DNA of 64,000 nucleotides from Flavobacteriales bacterium (GCA_040377305.1 JBEIPA010000008.1:96001-160000); one strand, 5' to 3'; positions 1-10,599 are shown, counted from the stretch's first letter. Notes: generated by a model from the sequence alone, not told the origin. A program made the numbers and translations.

Positions 1-606
1 GAAATTCATCACCGCGTAAAAAACAATCTTGCTGTGGTACGCGGACTGCTCAACATGCAGTTAAATACAACAACAAATGAAGTAGCCAAAGCAACATTGC
101 GTGAATCGGTGAATCGCGTTTCTGCAATGGCGCTGATCCATCAGAAATTGTATACAAAACAAAACCCTGATTCAATTGCTCTTGCACCTTATGTGAGTGA
201 ATTAGTTCGTGAAATTGCTTCTTCCTACCATTCAAATGGGTTAGGCATACCCGAAGTGAATACAGACATCCACGACATTTCACTCACACTAAACCGGGCA
301 GTTCCCTGCGGTCTTATTCTGAATGAACTTCTTTCGAATGCATTCAAACATGCTTTTCTGAGCGGACAGCAAGGAATCATAGATATCAGTATCACGCGTG
401 ATCTGCAAAAGGCGGGTTATGTAAATCTCATTGTATCCGACAACGGGAAGGGAATTCCTGAAGATTTCAACCCGGAAACAAGTCCTACGCTCGGCATTAC
501 GATTATTCAATCGCTCAGTGAACAGCTCGATGGTGATTTTACGTTCGGAGGTTCGCATAGCGGTACTCAAATGAAGGTGAATTTCCCGATTTTGAGTGTT
601 CACTAA
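1..606 (+). CDS. Sensor histidine kinase, HisKA_2/HWE-like with HATPase_c domain (5' truncated by window)
   Basis: Frame is open from base 1 and reads EIHHRVKNNL (H-box). It also has LNELLSNAFKHAF (N-box), VSDNGKG (G1) and TLGITII (G2). Confidence 0.92.
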   Translation, partial: EIHHRVKNNLAVVRGLLNMQLNTTTNEVAKATLRESVNRVSAMALIHQKLYTKQNPDSIALAPYVSELVREIASSYHSNGLGIPEVNTDIHDISLTLNRAVPCGLILNELLSNAFKHAFLSGQQGIIDISITRDLQKAGYVNLIVSDNGKGIPEDFNPETSPTLGITIIQSLSEQLDGDFTFGGSHSGTQMKVNFPILSVH

Positions 607-681
607 TTCCTGAAGCAATTCCCCTATCATTTTCTTATCTTAGTCAGCCTGATTCGTTATTGAAATACGCAAAACTGCTTT

Positions 682-2409
682 ATGAGAAAATTTACCGCTC
701 TGCTTTTATTCGCTTTCGCATTCACTACAAATGCAAATGCGCAGGCATCAGCTTGTCCGGATGTATTTACAACCGACACTTCCATTTGTGGAACTGCACC
801 TTGTGTGAATCTCAACGCAACAGTACAGGGAACCAATGGCACAAGCACATATAACATTGCCGCTATTCCCTATTCTCCGTATGCGTTCACAGGTGGAAAC
901 CAAATTCTCATCGCCATCGACGACATCTGGAGTAGTGTGATTCCACTGCCGTTTTGCTTCGAATACTTCGGTGTTACGTATAACAACATCGTGATTGGCT
1001 CGAATGCAATTGTAACATTTGATCAGGCACAAGCAACGCAATACTGTCAATGGCCAATCGCCAACGCGAATCCTTCGAATGCAAATCCGATGAATTCCAT
1101 CATGGCACCATGGCATGACATTGACCCCTCTATCGGTGTTACTCCGAATGTCAACTGGCAGGTTTATGGAACTGCGCCTTGCCGTCAATTCGTTGTGAGT
1201 TGGGCGGATGTTCCCATGTTCTCCTGCAATAGCATGATGGCAACATCGCAACTGGTGTTGCATGAAACAACAAATATCATTGACGTTTATATACGCGACA
1301 AACCAATTTGTTCTTCCTGGAACAGTGGCGCAGCAATTCTTGGAATTGTAGACCAAACAGCAACGAACGGATACACTGTTGCAGGCTACAACTATCCGAC
1401 TATGTGGAGCGCTACGAATGAGGGATGGAGATTTGAGCCTTCTGGTCCATCGAACTGGACATTTGCCTGGTTCGACATGAGTGGAAATCAGCTCAGCACT
1501 TCACTCACCTATCAGGTTTGCCCTCCTGTAACTACATCTTACGTAGCAGTGTTGACTAATACTTCGTGTGCAGGAACAATCATCGCGCAAGACACTGCGA
1601 CTGTTTCGATCAGCCCGGGGAACATGACGGTTACATCTGCTACCACACCAGAGCAATGCGGAAATTGTCAGGGAACTGCTACCGCCAATCCAACCGGTAC
1701 TGCACCATTCACCTATTTGTGGGCACCGGGCGGACAAACTACACAATCCATAAGCGGACTTTGCGCCGGAACCTATTACGTTACCATTGTTGATGGTGGA
1801 GGTTGTTCAATAGTCGATACCGTCGTCATAACTAACAGCAGTCCGGCTATCAATCCTCTGATCACCACAAACACAAGCAACTTGCAGGTAAGTCAGATCG
1901 GACCGGGTGCACCCGTAGATCTTTGTTATAACACAGCAGGTCCGTCAACTATTACAAGTTGGAATTGGTTGTTTAACGGAACCCAAACTTCGAGCTTACA
2001 AGCGCCGTGTTTCACGGTGAATGATACCGGAAACTATTGCGTCATCCTTGCCGTTAGCGATACGTTTGGATGTTTTGATACCGCAACGGTTTGTATTCTG
2101 GTAACGAGTGAAGCAATCTTCTCTTTCCCGAATGTATTCACGCCGGGAAGCGATGGTGTGAATGACTTATTCCTCCCAACGACTGTTGGTGTAAAAGATG
2201 TCAAAGTGTTCATCTACGATCGTTGGGGTGTTCAGATTTACGAATGGACAGCATCTGATCCGAACGTAAATACCACAGGATGGAACGGAAGAACACAAGG
2301 CGGAAAAGATGCCGTTGATGGTGTTTACTATTGGCACGCAACCGTCGTTGATTTCCAGTCACAAGCGTTTGAAGTGAGCGGTTTTGTCCACCTCATCCGA
2401 GGGAAATAG
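682..2409 (+). CDS. Secreted protein with T9SS type B (gliding motility-associated, CHU_C) C-terminal domain
   Basis: Signal peptide; SprB/PKD-like segments; C-terminus FPNVFTPGSDGVNDLF...IYDRWG...WNG...DGVYYW...GFVHLIR. Confidence 0.9.
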   Translation: MRKFTALLLFAFAFTTNANAQASACPDVFTTDTSICGTAPCVNLNATVQGTNGTSTYNIAAIPYSPYAFTGGNQILIAIDDIWSSVIPLPFCFEYFGVTYNNIVIGSNAIVTFDQAQATQYCQWPIANANPSNANPMNSIMAPWHDIDPSIGVTPNVNWQVYGTAPCRQFVVSWADVPMFSCNSMMATSQLVLHETTNIIDVYIRDKPICSSWNSGAAILGIVDQTATNGYTVAGYNYPTMWSATNEGWRFEPSGPSNWTFAWFDMSGNQLSTSLTYQVCPPVTTSYVAVLTNTSCAGTIIAQDTATVSISPGNMTVTSATTPEQCGNCQGTATANPTGTAPFTYLWAPGGQTTQSISGLCAGTYYVTIVDGGGCSIVDTVVITNSSPAINPLITTNTSNLQVSQIGPGAPVDLCYNTAGPSTITSWNWLFNGTQTSSLQAPCFTVNDTGNYCVILAVSDTFGCFDTATVCILVTSEAIFSFPNVFTPGSDGVNDLFLPTTVGVKDVKVFIYDRWGVQIYEWTASDPNVNTTGWNGRTQGGKDAVDGVYYWHATVVDFQSQAFEVSGFVHLIRGK

Positions 2410-2439
2410 CAATCGCTGGCCTTTAAAAAGTTCAAATTA

Positions 2440-2471
2440 TACCGGGTGTCCCTACGCCCGGTATTTTTTTT
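2440..2471 (+). terminator. Rho-independent terminator
   Basis: TACCGGG...CCCGGTA stem followed by a T8 run just after the stop of 682..2409. Confidence 0.75.
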
Positions 2472-2574
2472 GCACCCTTTTTGTCTGTTCCGGTAAACAC
2501 CAAAGCCGAATTCCGTGGTCTGAAATGTGAAATTAGCGGCGCATGAGGTAACTTGCGGCGTTATTCATGTTGTA

Positions 2575-2964
2575 ATGACCGACGAACAAACCCTTCCGCA
2601 GTCGTATCCGCTTTCACGCATCATGCACATCATTGCATTGGTGATGTCGGCGATTCTCCTTCTCGTGGGGATTCATATTCTCATGAAAGAAGAAGAGTTC
2701 GAATACGAACTTTACTTCTACTGGTTCATTGCATGTTATCTGATTATTGCAATGCTCGTGAAGATGATTCGCGTGGTGCATGGCGATCACGAAACAAAGA
2801 ATATCGTAATCGGCTTTCTGGTCGAATTTACATTCTTCGCCCCTATCGTCTTCAGCGACTGGCAAACGGATAAGCAGGATTTTGCTCTTGCAATGCTTGT
2901 GACGAATGTCGTACGGACCGCGTATTACATTATGGCTGTGATGAGGAATTCGAAGTTAGTCTAG
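2575..2964 (+). CDS. Small integral membrane protein, hypothetical (about 4 TM helices)
   Basis: ORF with four hydrophobic segments. ATG at 2575 preferred over GTG at 2527. Confidence 0.7.
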   Translation: MTDEQTLPQSYPLSRIMHIIALVMSAILLLVGIHILMKEEEFEYELYFYWFIACYLIIAMLVKMIRVVHGDHETKNIVIGFLVEFTFFAPIVFSDWQTDKQDFALAMLVTNVVRTAYYIMAVMRNSKLV

Positions 2965-3007
2965 AGTCGGGAGACCACAGACGGGAGTAACTATGTTAAA
3001 TTCTACT

Positions 3008-3052
3008 TTAGCACATTAACCCTCCGCCGCGGCGGAAGCACATTAGCACATT
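3008..3052. repeat. TTAGCACA-type 8-mer repeats interrupted by the perfect 14-bp palindrome TCCGCCGCGGCGGA
   Basis: TTAGCACATTAAC-CC-TCCGCCGCGGCGGA-AGCACATTAGCACATT, between convergent genes. Confidence 0.6.
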
Positions 3053-5282
3053 AATTCAGCATTGCGCCCAACGACTTGTTGTACAAATCGCTGTACTCAG
3101 TAAGTGAACCGAAGTTTTCTCCGTCAATAACGAATGAATTTCCTTTCACTGTTCCGATCACGTTGCCTTTAGAGCCGTTCTTCTCCAGCATCTCAATCAC
3201 TTTCTGCTCATCACCTTTTGCACACGTAACTACAACGCGCGACTGAGCTTCTCCGAAGAGGAATGCATCCTTACGCACTTTGTCGTACGATTTGATGTCG
3301 AAGCCAAGGTTGCCTGCAATTGCGCTTTCCATGAGCGTTACGAACAAGCCGCCATCTGAACAATCGTGTGCAGATTTCACAGTGCGCGATTTGATTACTT
3401 CTTTCACCGCGTTCTGCATATCGAACTCTTCATCAAGATCGAAATACGGAGCTGGAGTATTCTTCACACCGTGGAATGAATAGAGATATTCAGAAGATGA
3501 AATATCGTTGCGGCAATTTCCAACGAGGATGATTGAATCGCCTTCGTCTTTGAAATTCAACGTCATGATATTTTTCTTCGAAGGCACAAGACCCAGCATT
3601 CCGATTGTTGGCGTTGGGAACACAGGACCTTCGTAAGAAGACTGATTGTAGAAGCTCACGTTACCACCTGTAACCGGTGTTTTGAATTTCTCGCAGGCTT
3701 TGCCCATTCCTTTGATAGACCCAACAAACTGCCAGTATACTTCCGGGTTGTATGGATTTCCGAAGTTCAGACAGTTTGTAACTGCAGAAGGCTCTCCGCC
3801 TGAACAAACAATATTGCGTGCTGATTCAGAAACTGCGATTGCACAACCGACTTCCGGATCTGCATTCACATAGCGCGCATTGCAATCTACTTTCAACGCA
3901 ATTGCTTTGTCGGTTCCTTTGATGTTTACGATAGCAGCATCAGAAGGAGCATTCGTGCTCATGTTCACCGTTCCAACCATTGAATCGTACTGATTGAACA
4001 CCCAGCGCTTTGATGCGATGTTTGGATGTCCGGCGAGATGTTTCGCTGCTGCTTTCAGATCAGCGGGTTCTTTCACTGAATCGATTGTGAACTTTTTCGC
4101 TTCTGCAAAGTACGCAGGCTCTTTCCATTCACGCTTATAGATTGGAGCGCCGCCACCGAGTACGAGAGAATCTCCCGGTACATCTGCAACGAGTGTATCG
4201 TGCATATAATACCTGATGCGATCGCCATCAGTCACTTCACCGATCTGTACGCAATTCAAATCCCATTTCTCGAAAACATCAAACACCGGTTTTTCCATTC
4301 CCTTCTTCACCACAATCAGCATGCGCTCCTGTGATTCAGAAAGAAGAATTTCCCAGGCCTTCATGTTCTCCTGGCGAGTCGGAACTTTATCCAGCCACAC
4401 ATTCATGCCGCTCTTCCCTTTCGCCGACATCTCAGAAGTCGAACACGTGATTCCAGCTGCTCCCATATCTTGCATGCCCACAACTGCACCTGTCTTGATT
4501 ACTTCCAAAGTTGCTTCAAGCAAAAGTTTTTCCTGAAAAGGATCTCCAACCTGTACAGCAGGAAGATCTTTCGCTGAATCTTCTGTAATATCTTTTGATG
4601 CAAATGCTGCACCGTGAATTCCGTCTTTCCCTGTTGATGATCCCACAATGAAAACCGGATTTCCTGCTCCGTAAGAAATTGCAGAAACCGTCTCTCCTAC
4701 TTTCACAATGCCCGCACTCATCGCATTCACGAGTGGATTTACATTGTAACACTCATCGAAGAACACTTCTCCACCCACTGTTGGAATTCCGAATGCGTTG
4801 CCATAATCGCCAATGCCTTTTACAACACCGCGCACCAGCCATTTCGTTTTCTCGAGTTTGAGATCACCAAAACGCAATGAGTTCAATCCTGCAATAGGAC
4901 GCGCACCCATTGTGAAAATATCGCGATTGATTCCACCTACTCCGGTTGCTGCGCCTTGATACGGCTCCAATGCAGAAGGGTGATTGTGCGATTCGATTTT
5001 GAATGCGCACGCAAGTCCATCGCCAATATCAACGAGGCCTGCGTTTTCTTCACCAGCTTTCGCCAGCATGTGCGGACCTTCTTTCGGCAGCGTCTTCAGC
5101 CAGGTAATCGAGTTCTTGTATGAACAGTGTTCGCTCCACATTACTGAGTAGATACTCAACTCAGTAAAGTTTGGGGTGCGTCCGAGAATAGAAGTGATCT
5201 GATCAAACTCTTCCGGAAGCAATCCAAGTTGTTTTGCCTGTTCGAGTGTTGCGATTTGTGTTTCTGAAGATGTAACTGCCAT
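3051..5282 (-). CDS. purL: Phosphoribosylformylglycinamidine synthase subunit PurL
   Basis: Motifs WSEHCSYK, KIESHNHPS, GAATGVGG, QDMGAAG, LSESQERM, NCLNFGNP, GGNVSFYN and HDCSDGG; 743 aa small-type PurL. Confidence 0.98.
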   Translation of the reverse strand: MAVTSSETQIATLEQAKQLGLLPEEFDQITSILGRTPNFTELSIYSVMWSEHCSYKNSITWLKTLPKEGPHMLAKAGEENAGLVDIGDGLACAFKIESHNHPSALEPYQGAATGVGGINRDIFTMGARPIAGLNSLRFGDLKLEKTKWLVRGVVKGIGDYGNAFGIPTVGGEVFFDECYNVNPLVNAMSAGIVKVGETVSAISYGAGNPVFIVGSSTGKDGIHGAAFASKDITEDSAKDLPAVQVGDPFQEKLLLEATLEVIKTGAVVGMQDMGAAGITCSTSEMSAKGKSGMNVWLDKVPTRQENMKAWEILLSESQERMLIVVKKGMEKPVFDVFEKWDLNCVQIGEVTDGDRIRYYMHDTLVADVPGDSLVLGGGAPIYKREWKEPAYFAEAKKFTIDSVKEPADLKAAAKHLAGHPNIASKRWVFNQYDSMVGTVNMSTNAPSDAAIVNIKGTDKAIALKVDCNARYVNADPEVGCAIAVSESARNIVCSGGEPSAVTNCLNFGNPYNPEVYWQFVGSIKGMGKACEKFKTPVTGGNVSFYNQSSYEGPVFPTPTIGMLGLVPSKKNIMTLNFKDEGDSIILVGNCRNDISSSEYLYSFHGVKNTPAPYFDLDEEFDMQNAVKEVIKSRTVKSAHDCSDGGLFVTLMESAIAGNLGFDIKSYDKVRKDAFLFGEAQSRVVVTCAKGDEQKVIEMLEKNGSKGNVIGTVKGNSFVIDGENFGSLTEYSDLYNKSLGAMLN

Positions 5283-5296
5283 GAGATTTTGCTTTT

Positions 5297-5376
5297 GTCA
5301 TACTTCGGCTCCGTTCAGTCTGACAATCGCCCTCGATTGAGACCCATTGTCAAACCGAGCGGAGTCGAGGATTGAC
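5297..5376. repeat. REP-like inverted pair (CTTCGGCTCCGTTCAGTCTGACA / TGTCAAACCGAGCGGAGTCGAGG) in the purL leader
   Basis: Two ~24-bp arms at 5303-5327 and 5346-5370 are imperfect reverse complements. Confidence 0.75.
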
Positions 5377-5387
5377 TTTGTGAGGTG

Positions 5388-5395
5388 CAAAATTA
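5388..5395 (-). promoter_or_regulatory. Putative Bacteroidota sigma-A -7 element (TAATTTTG) for purL
   Basis: Matches TAnnTTTG on the minus strand about 105 bp upstream of purL. Confidence 0.5.
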
Positions 5396-5488
5396 CGCAG
5401 AACCACGCCTCAAAAAAGGCTATTTTTCAACAAATCATGAGCATTTATCCCTCGAAAATGGCTCAAACAGGTACATTTGAGTTGAACC

Positions 5489-6226
5489 ATGTTTCACGAA
5501 TTCACATTACGACCCGATGCGAAAGGAAAAGTGATCCTGAACACTTTTCTGCAGGGAAGTGTATATTTTGTTTCTATCCTGTTCATCTACCTGTGGTTGC
5601 GCTTTCTTGAACCCGCGGTACTCAAACACTACGGGTTTTACGTCGGCTATGTTTTCGGATTTGTCGCGCTCGCAACAGTAATTTTAATGTTCAGACTTTA
5701 CACGACGGGAATTAAATTCCGCATGCTCACATCCGACACCGACCTTCAATTTACAAGACTGGGCAACAGCATTACAGTTAAGTATTCCGATATAACCAGA
5801 CTGGAAAGAACACCGAACAATATTCTGTTGATCTATACTGTTAGTTCAGATACAAAACCGGTGATCGCTGTTTCAGATACAATTACAGATAGGTCGCGTT
5901 TCGAAGAAATCCTTTCGCAGTTCACACCGATTACTGAGATTGATTCAATACCACGCGCATTTAAGAAAGTGCCGCGTATGTTATTTACGTACACGTTTAT
6001 GACGGCGGTGTTTCTGAATCTGATTTCCCGAAATCCGAATACACAAATTGGGGCAGCACTCATTGTTATCGGACTGTCTGTTTATAGTTTGATTTCTTTC
6101 ATGCGCTTTCGTCACGAGATCAAAAGCACCAATGGAGTTGTAATCATGATTCTGCTGATACTGATAATGCTTGTGAGAATTTTCCTGGCATTGCAACCTG
6201 AACTCTTCCCAAACCCCGTAGTATGA
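5489..6226 (+). CDS. Hypothetical membrane protein (TM helices flanking a PH-like soluble segment)
   Basis: 245-aa ORF with about 5 hydrophobic segments; overlaps the next ATG (ATGA). Confidence 0.75.
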   Translation: MFHEFTLRPDAKGKVILNTFLQGSVYFVSILFIYLWLRFLEPAVLKHYGFYVGYVFGFVALATVILMFRLYTTGIKFRMLTSDTDLQFTRLGNSITVKYSDITRLERTPNNILLIYTVSSDTKPVIAVSDTITDRSRFEEILSQFTPITEIDSIPRAFKKVPRMLFTYTFMTAVFLNLISRNPNTQIGAALIVIGLSVYSLISFMRFRHEIKSTNGVVIMILLILIMLVRIFLALQPELFPNPVV

Positions 6227-6609
6227 ACCGATTTACCGCAATTTTTCTTCTTCTGATTTGCACTGCAGTTTTCTCCTGCGGTCCATCACTCCGTGAAACC
6301 GGAATTCCTACTGAAGGAACGGTTATTTCCAAGCGGGAAACCGGTCGTGGTTCGAAACTCAAATATTACATCACCGTAAATTTCTTCACTCAACCGGATA
6401 AAGAAAATCCGAAACCTGAACCACCAAAGGACACGACACCGAAAACAGCAGATGAAATCATTGAGAGCCTCACACTGGACATGCACATGGGCGATTACCA
6501 GACAGCTGAAATTTCAGTCACCTCCGCTGAGTATGACAAGTACAGCGAAGGTGATGAGGTAAAGATTCGGTACGACAAAGAAGATCCATCCACAGCCGTG
6601 CTCGAATAG
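6223..6609 (+). CDS. Putative lipoprotein (DUF3592-like OB-type fold)
   Basis: Lipobox VFSC; GTVISK...GDEVKIRYDKEDPS pattern. Confidence 0.7.
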   Translation: MNRFTAIFLLLICTAVFSCGPSLRETGIPTEGTVISKRETGRGSKLKYYITVNFFTQPDKENPKPEPPKDTTPKTADEIIESLTLDMHMGDYQTAEISVTSAEYDKYSEGDEVKIRYDKEDPSTAVLE

Positions 6610-6612
6610 CGT

Positions 6613-8202
6613 TTAGTGTTTCAACAACTTGAATGTTCTGGTTTGTCTGCTAACCGTTGTTGCAGTACAGAAATAAATTCCTTCTGCCACAGTAGAGAGA
6701 TCAATTGTTGCAGTAGTTGAATTCAATGTTTGAACACTAACAAGTTCTCCACGAACAGAATAAATTTCAATACGCTGTATATTTTCTGCGGAGTTCAAAA
6801 CGAATACGCCATCCGAAGATTTTAGAGTGAAGAGTGATGTGCTTTCAGAATTTTCATTTACACCTACGGCAGCATTTCCGAATTTTATTGTGTACGTTTC
6901 CTGATCGGCACACCCGGTGAGATAAACGTCTGTCCCTCCTCCAATTGCTATGCAACCTCGTGGTGCATTCATTGTACCGTACGCATACTGTTGAGAACTC
7001 CACAACACACTCCCGTTCTGATTTGACAGACGATATAAAACTGATCCACCCTGGGAATTCGTTGAAATACTGATGGCCGTCAAAATATCTCCGTTCGATG
7101 TAATATCAAGATCCCAATTGTAGTTATGTATGCCGGACACGCCGAGAGCAACTTCCCAAATTTCCTGTCCTGAAGAGTCGAGTTTCCCGACCATTGCTTC
7201 GCACACTCCAAAATAAGTGGGAACGTTGTAGGCAATAAACACATCTCCATTCACGTCGCTAAGTATGTCAACCGGTTGATAAGAGTTAATTTGCCAACTG
7301 TCGTTGATTGTATCACTCCAGATTTCCTGACAAGACGGTGTGACTTTAGCGACGTATGGACTTGTTGGTTGATTTGCGAATGAACCGGACATAAACTTCG
7401 CGAGGACGTACATATTGCCGAATGGATCCGGGGTTAGTTTTGGAGCTCGCAATCCGTCAAGCCCACCATTGTAAGTAAGATTACCTATACCGATTACGTT
7501 ACCAGTATTCACGTCAATTTCACGAACCTGAACCAAAACCGGACCGACTGCTTGTTGAACCGCTGTTGGCATGTACAGGCGATCGAGCGAACTAAAACAA
7601 ATACTGGTCGCATCCAGTGTTCCGTTCACATCACCGTGCTCCCATTGCAGCGTACCGAACGGATCTAATTTGAATCGAAGTGTGTAAGATTCGGCCCATG
7701 TGCAATTACCGTGGAAATGTTTACCAACCACGTACACATTGTCGTTCTTATCAAGTGCCAGATCATAAGCTTCGTCATTCTCATTGCTGAACTGACTATC
7801 AACATGATTGAACAGTGTTGTATAAATAACGCTTCCGCTCGGACTGTACTTTCGAACAATGATGTTTTGACCAAGGTTTACCTGATTCAGTGCAGTCGTA
7901 TTAATCAGCACGTAACAATTTCCGCTTGCATCAGTTTCAACATCAACTACCATTTCGGCCTGTCCATAGTTATACCAGTCCCACCAAACATAATTACCTG
8001 AGGCATCCAGCAAATAACAAATCGCGTCAAAGCCCAACATATCTCCGACCGCGACGAAGACACCTCCTGATGGGTGGGCTTTGCTGTGTTCGACATCAAA
8101 AGCCTGCCTTGATTCAATGTACTGCCAGGCTGGAGTGGTGGATTGCGCATATGATGCAAAACCAAATGCGAGAATGAAGAAATTGGTAACTATCGTTTTC
8201 AT
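6613..8202 (-). CDS. T9SS type A sorting domain protein with beta-propeller repeats
   Basis: Signal peptide; repeated D..GN.YV...K.D..G...W motifs; C-terminal IEIYSVRGELV...LSTVAEGIYFC. Confidence 0.85.
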   Translation of the reverse strand: MKTIVTNFFILAFGFASYAQSTTPAWQYIESRQAFDVEHSKAHPSGGVFVAVGDMLGFDAICYLLDASGNYVWWDWYNYGQAEMVVDVETDASGNCYVLINTTALNQVNLGQNIIVRKYSPSGSVIYTTLFNHVDSQFSNENDEAYDLALDKNDNVYVVGKHFHGNCTWAESYTLRFKLDPFGTLQWEHGDVNGTLDATSICFSSLDRLYMPTAVQQAVGPVLVQVREIDVNTGNVIGIGNLTYNGGLDGLRAPKLTPDPFGNMYVLAKFMSGSFANQPTSPYVAKVTPSCQEIWSDTINDSWQINSYQPVDILSDVNGDVFIAYNVPTYFGVCEAMVGKLDSSGQEIWEVALGVSGIHNYNWDLDITSNGDILTAISISTNSQGGSVLYRLSNQNGSVLWSSQQYAYGTMNAPRGCIAIGGGTDVYLTGCADQETYTIKFGNAAVGVNENSESTSLFTLKSSDGVFVLNSAENIQRIEIYSVRGELVSVQTLNSTTATIDLSTVAEGIYFCTATTVSRQTRTFKLLKH

Positions 8203-8415
8203 GGGATTGTTTTGATGCAAATTAATTTCAATTCACGTCATAAAAAAACGGATCGAGTTCCGCTCTTACCAACCCACCAGAAAATTGATGCGTGAAAAAT
8301 CTGCGTCTGTGATTCAGTGGAGTACATGCCTTAACAGAGACCGGACGAATATTAATACCAGGTCTTACGCCAGAGACTCTATCGTTTGTTCATTTCATTT
8401 CAAGCAAGTCTGTCA

Positions 8416-8446
8416 CACATGTTACCGAAGTGACTACAAATGTTAT
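8416..8446 (+). promoter_or_regulatory. Putative LytTR-type direct repeat pair (CACATGTTAC / CAAATGTTAT, 21-bp period)
   Basis: Two 10-mers 21 bp apart upstream of 8527. Confidence 0.35.
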
Positions 8447-8526
8447 TGATTATGGAACAGGTATTAAGATGACGTTCCATTGGAATTTGAACGGGATAAA
8501 TTCGTTGTCACTAAAATTCCCTACTT

Positions 8527-10599
8527 ATGAAAAAAACAGTACTTGTACTTTCAGCTCTTCTTTTAACGGGCAAGATTTTCAGTCAGACTGCACTTTTTAG
8601 TAACGCCGGACAATACGCCGGTGTTTCCGGAGGAACTTCCGAAATATTCGACATGTTTTGGAAATCTCCAGGGGTTGGTGGCAACATCTATGCAACTGGT
8701 GTATTTACGGGAAGTGTCGACTTCGATATGGGAACCGGCACAACCACATTGACGTCCAACGGAGGAGCAGACATTTTCATTTCGTGCCAGAGCGACAATG
8801 GAAGTTACCAATGGGTAATAGGAATAGGCGGAACCGGAAGCGACACCGCGTTGAAAATTGAAGAAGGTCCCGACGGACATCTTTATATAGCCGGAGAATT
8901 TTCTGATGCAGTAGACTTTGATGCAGGTTCGGGTGTCAGTACGCTGACTTCGTCTGGTGGAACCGATGCGTTCCTATTGAAGTGTGACATTCTGAATGGC
9001 CAATTCATGTGGGCGAAACAAGTTGCATCGGGCACAGGAAATGAAACAGCCAACTGCATTGCATTTTTCAGTGATTCGTCGATTGCTATTGGTGGCAACT
9101 ACGAAGACACGACTGATCTTAACCCAGGCGCGGGTGTAGCAAACTTCATCACTACGGGATACACCGAGGTATATATTTCGCGCTTGACTGCATCAGGAAA
9201 CTATCAAACTGCGTGGTCCTTCGATGGAAACGGTTTCGATGGCATGTACAGTCTGGTTGTGAATACATCCGATCACCTATTTGCGTTGGGCTATTTCGAA
9301 GATGAAATTGATCTTAGTCCCGACGGCGCACTAACACTTGTAAATAGCACCCTTTGGCCGAACGCCTTCATTGTAAGGTTTGATACAACAGGAGCAACTT
9401 TGGACTATGGAACCTTCGACACGCATCTGAAAATGGGAATGGTTTATGATGCCGGAACACAGCGACTGTTTGTAGCTGGCACGTTGCAGGATTCGCTGGA
9501 TGCAAACCCGGGAAACGGAACATGGATGCTATATGGGAATGTTCCAGGATTTCGTGATGTCTTCGTTATTAACCTTGTACAATCGTTGACTCCGATTGAA
9601 ACAGGAATTGCAGGTGGAGCAAATGATGACACATTTACTTCAATCGGCAATAGCGCCAACTATATTGCCATTGGCGGTCGTACGCAAAGTGTAATTTTCG
9701 ATGCAGCACCCGCTCTCAATGATTCGCTGATGCTTGCGGGAACCGGCAACGATCTTTTCGCCATCGCAATCAACGGCTACGATTTACAATTACAAAATTC
9801 AGGATTAGCATCTGATGTTACCGGATCACGGGACTTCCGCGCAATCGATTGCAATTATGAAGCTGCAGGTTTTGTGATTCACGGCGGTGGATCATTCAAC
9901 GATGTTGTTGACTTTGATCCTGCAGGAAACTATACGCTAAGTACGCCCTCATTCAACACCGAAGCATTCATTTTCAAATGGGGTGTATGCGCACCAATTT
10001 CAGTTGGAACATCTATGGCGGTATGTGATACATTCTATTTTCATAACAATGTGATGTATCCGGTTCCCGGCGCCTTTTACGACACATTACAAAGCGTATG
10101 CGGATCAGACAGTTTGGTTACCACAAATCTGTATCTCTATATCGCAGACACCAGCGTGGCAACAAACGGATTCACGCTCTCGTCAAACCAAAGCGGTCAG
10201 TTGTATCAATGGGTTGACTGTAATAACAACTTCGCGGCAATTTCCGGAGCTACCAATCAAAACTTCTCACCCGCGATTGATGGATCGTATGCCGTTGTAA
10301 TTTCCAACGGAACTTGTTACGATACATCCGGCTGTCACACCATTCTGGGAATAGGCATAAATGAAAATGCTTTTGGACTAATAACAGTGAGTCCGAATCC
10401 ATTTGCCGGTACACTTCAGATTTCAGGAATGAATGGGACCACGCAAATATCAGTGTACAATATTTTAGGTGAAGCTGTTATTTCCACTCAAACTTCATCC
10501 ACCACATTGTCAATTAACACAGAACAACTTCCACAAGGAACTTATCTGCTCACCACAGAATCTGCTGGTAAGAAAAATATAATCAGAGTGGTGAAGTAA
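8527..10599 (+). CDS. T9SS type A secreted protein with SBBP-like beta-propeller repeats
   Basis: Repeats of G.F...VDFD.G.G...LTS.GG.D.F; C-terminal VSPNPF...VYNILGE...LPQGTYLL. Confidence 0.9.
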   Translation: MKKTVLVLSALLLTGKIFSQTALFSNAGQYAGVSGGTSEIFDMFWKSPGVGGNIYATGVFTGSVDFDMGTGTTTLTSNGGADIFISCQSDNGSYQWVIGIGGTGSDTALKIEEGPDGHLYIAGEFSDAVDFDAGSGVSTLTSSGGTDAFLLKCDILNGQFMWAKQVASGTGNETANCIAFFSDSSIAIGGNYEDTTDLNPGAGVANFITTGYTEVYISRLTASGNYQTAWSFDGNGFDGMYSLVVNTSDHLFALGYFEDEIDLSPDGALTLVNSTLWPNAFIVRFDTTGATLDYGTFDTHLKMGMVYDAGTQRLFVAGTLQDSLDANPGNGTWMLYGNVPGFRDVFVINLVQSLTPIETGIAGGANDDTFTSIGNSANYIAIGGRTQSVIFDAAPALNDSLMLAGTGNDLFAIAINGYDLQLQNSGLASDVTGSRDFRAIDCNYEAAGFVIHGGGSFNDVVDFDPAGNYTLSTPSFNTEAFIFKWGVCAPISVGTSMAVCDTFYFHNNVMYPVPGAFYDTLQSVCGSDSLVTTNLYLYIADTSVATNGFTLSSNQSGQLYQWVDCNNNFAAISGATNQNFSPAIDGSYAVVISNGTCYDTSGCHTILGIGINENAFGLITVSPNPFAGTLQISGMNGTTQISVYNILGEAVISTQTSSTTLSINTEQLPQGTYLLTTESAGKKNIIRVVK

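Noticed and set aside
8221-8526. Riboswitch or sRNA in the 300-bp divergent gap
   Set aside because: No recognisable aptamer motif or terminator; an Rfam scan would be needed.
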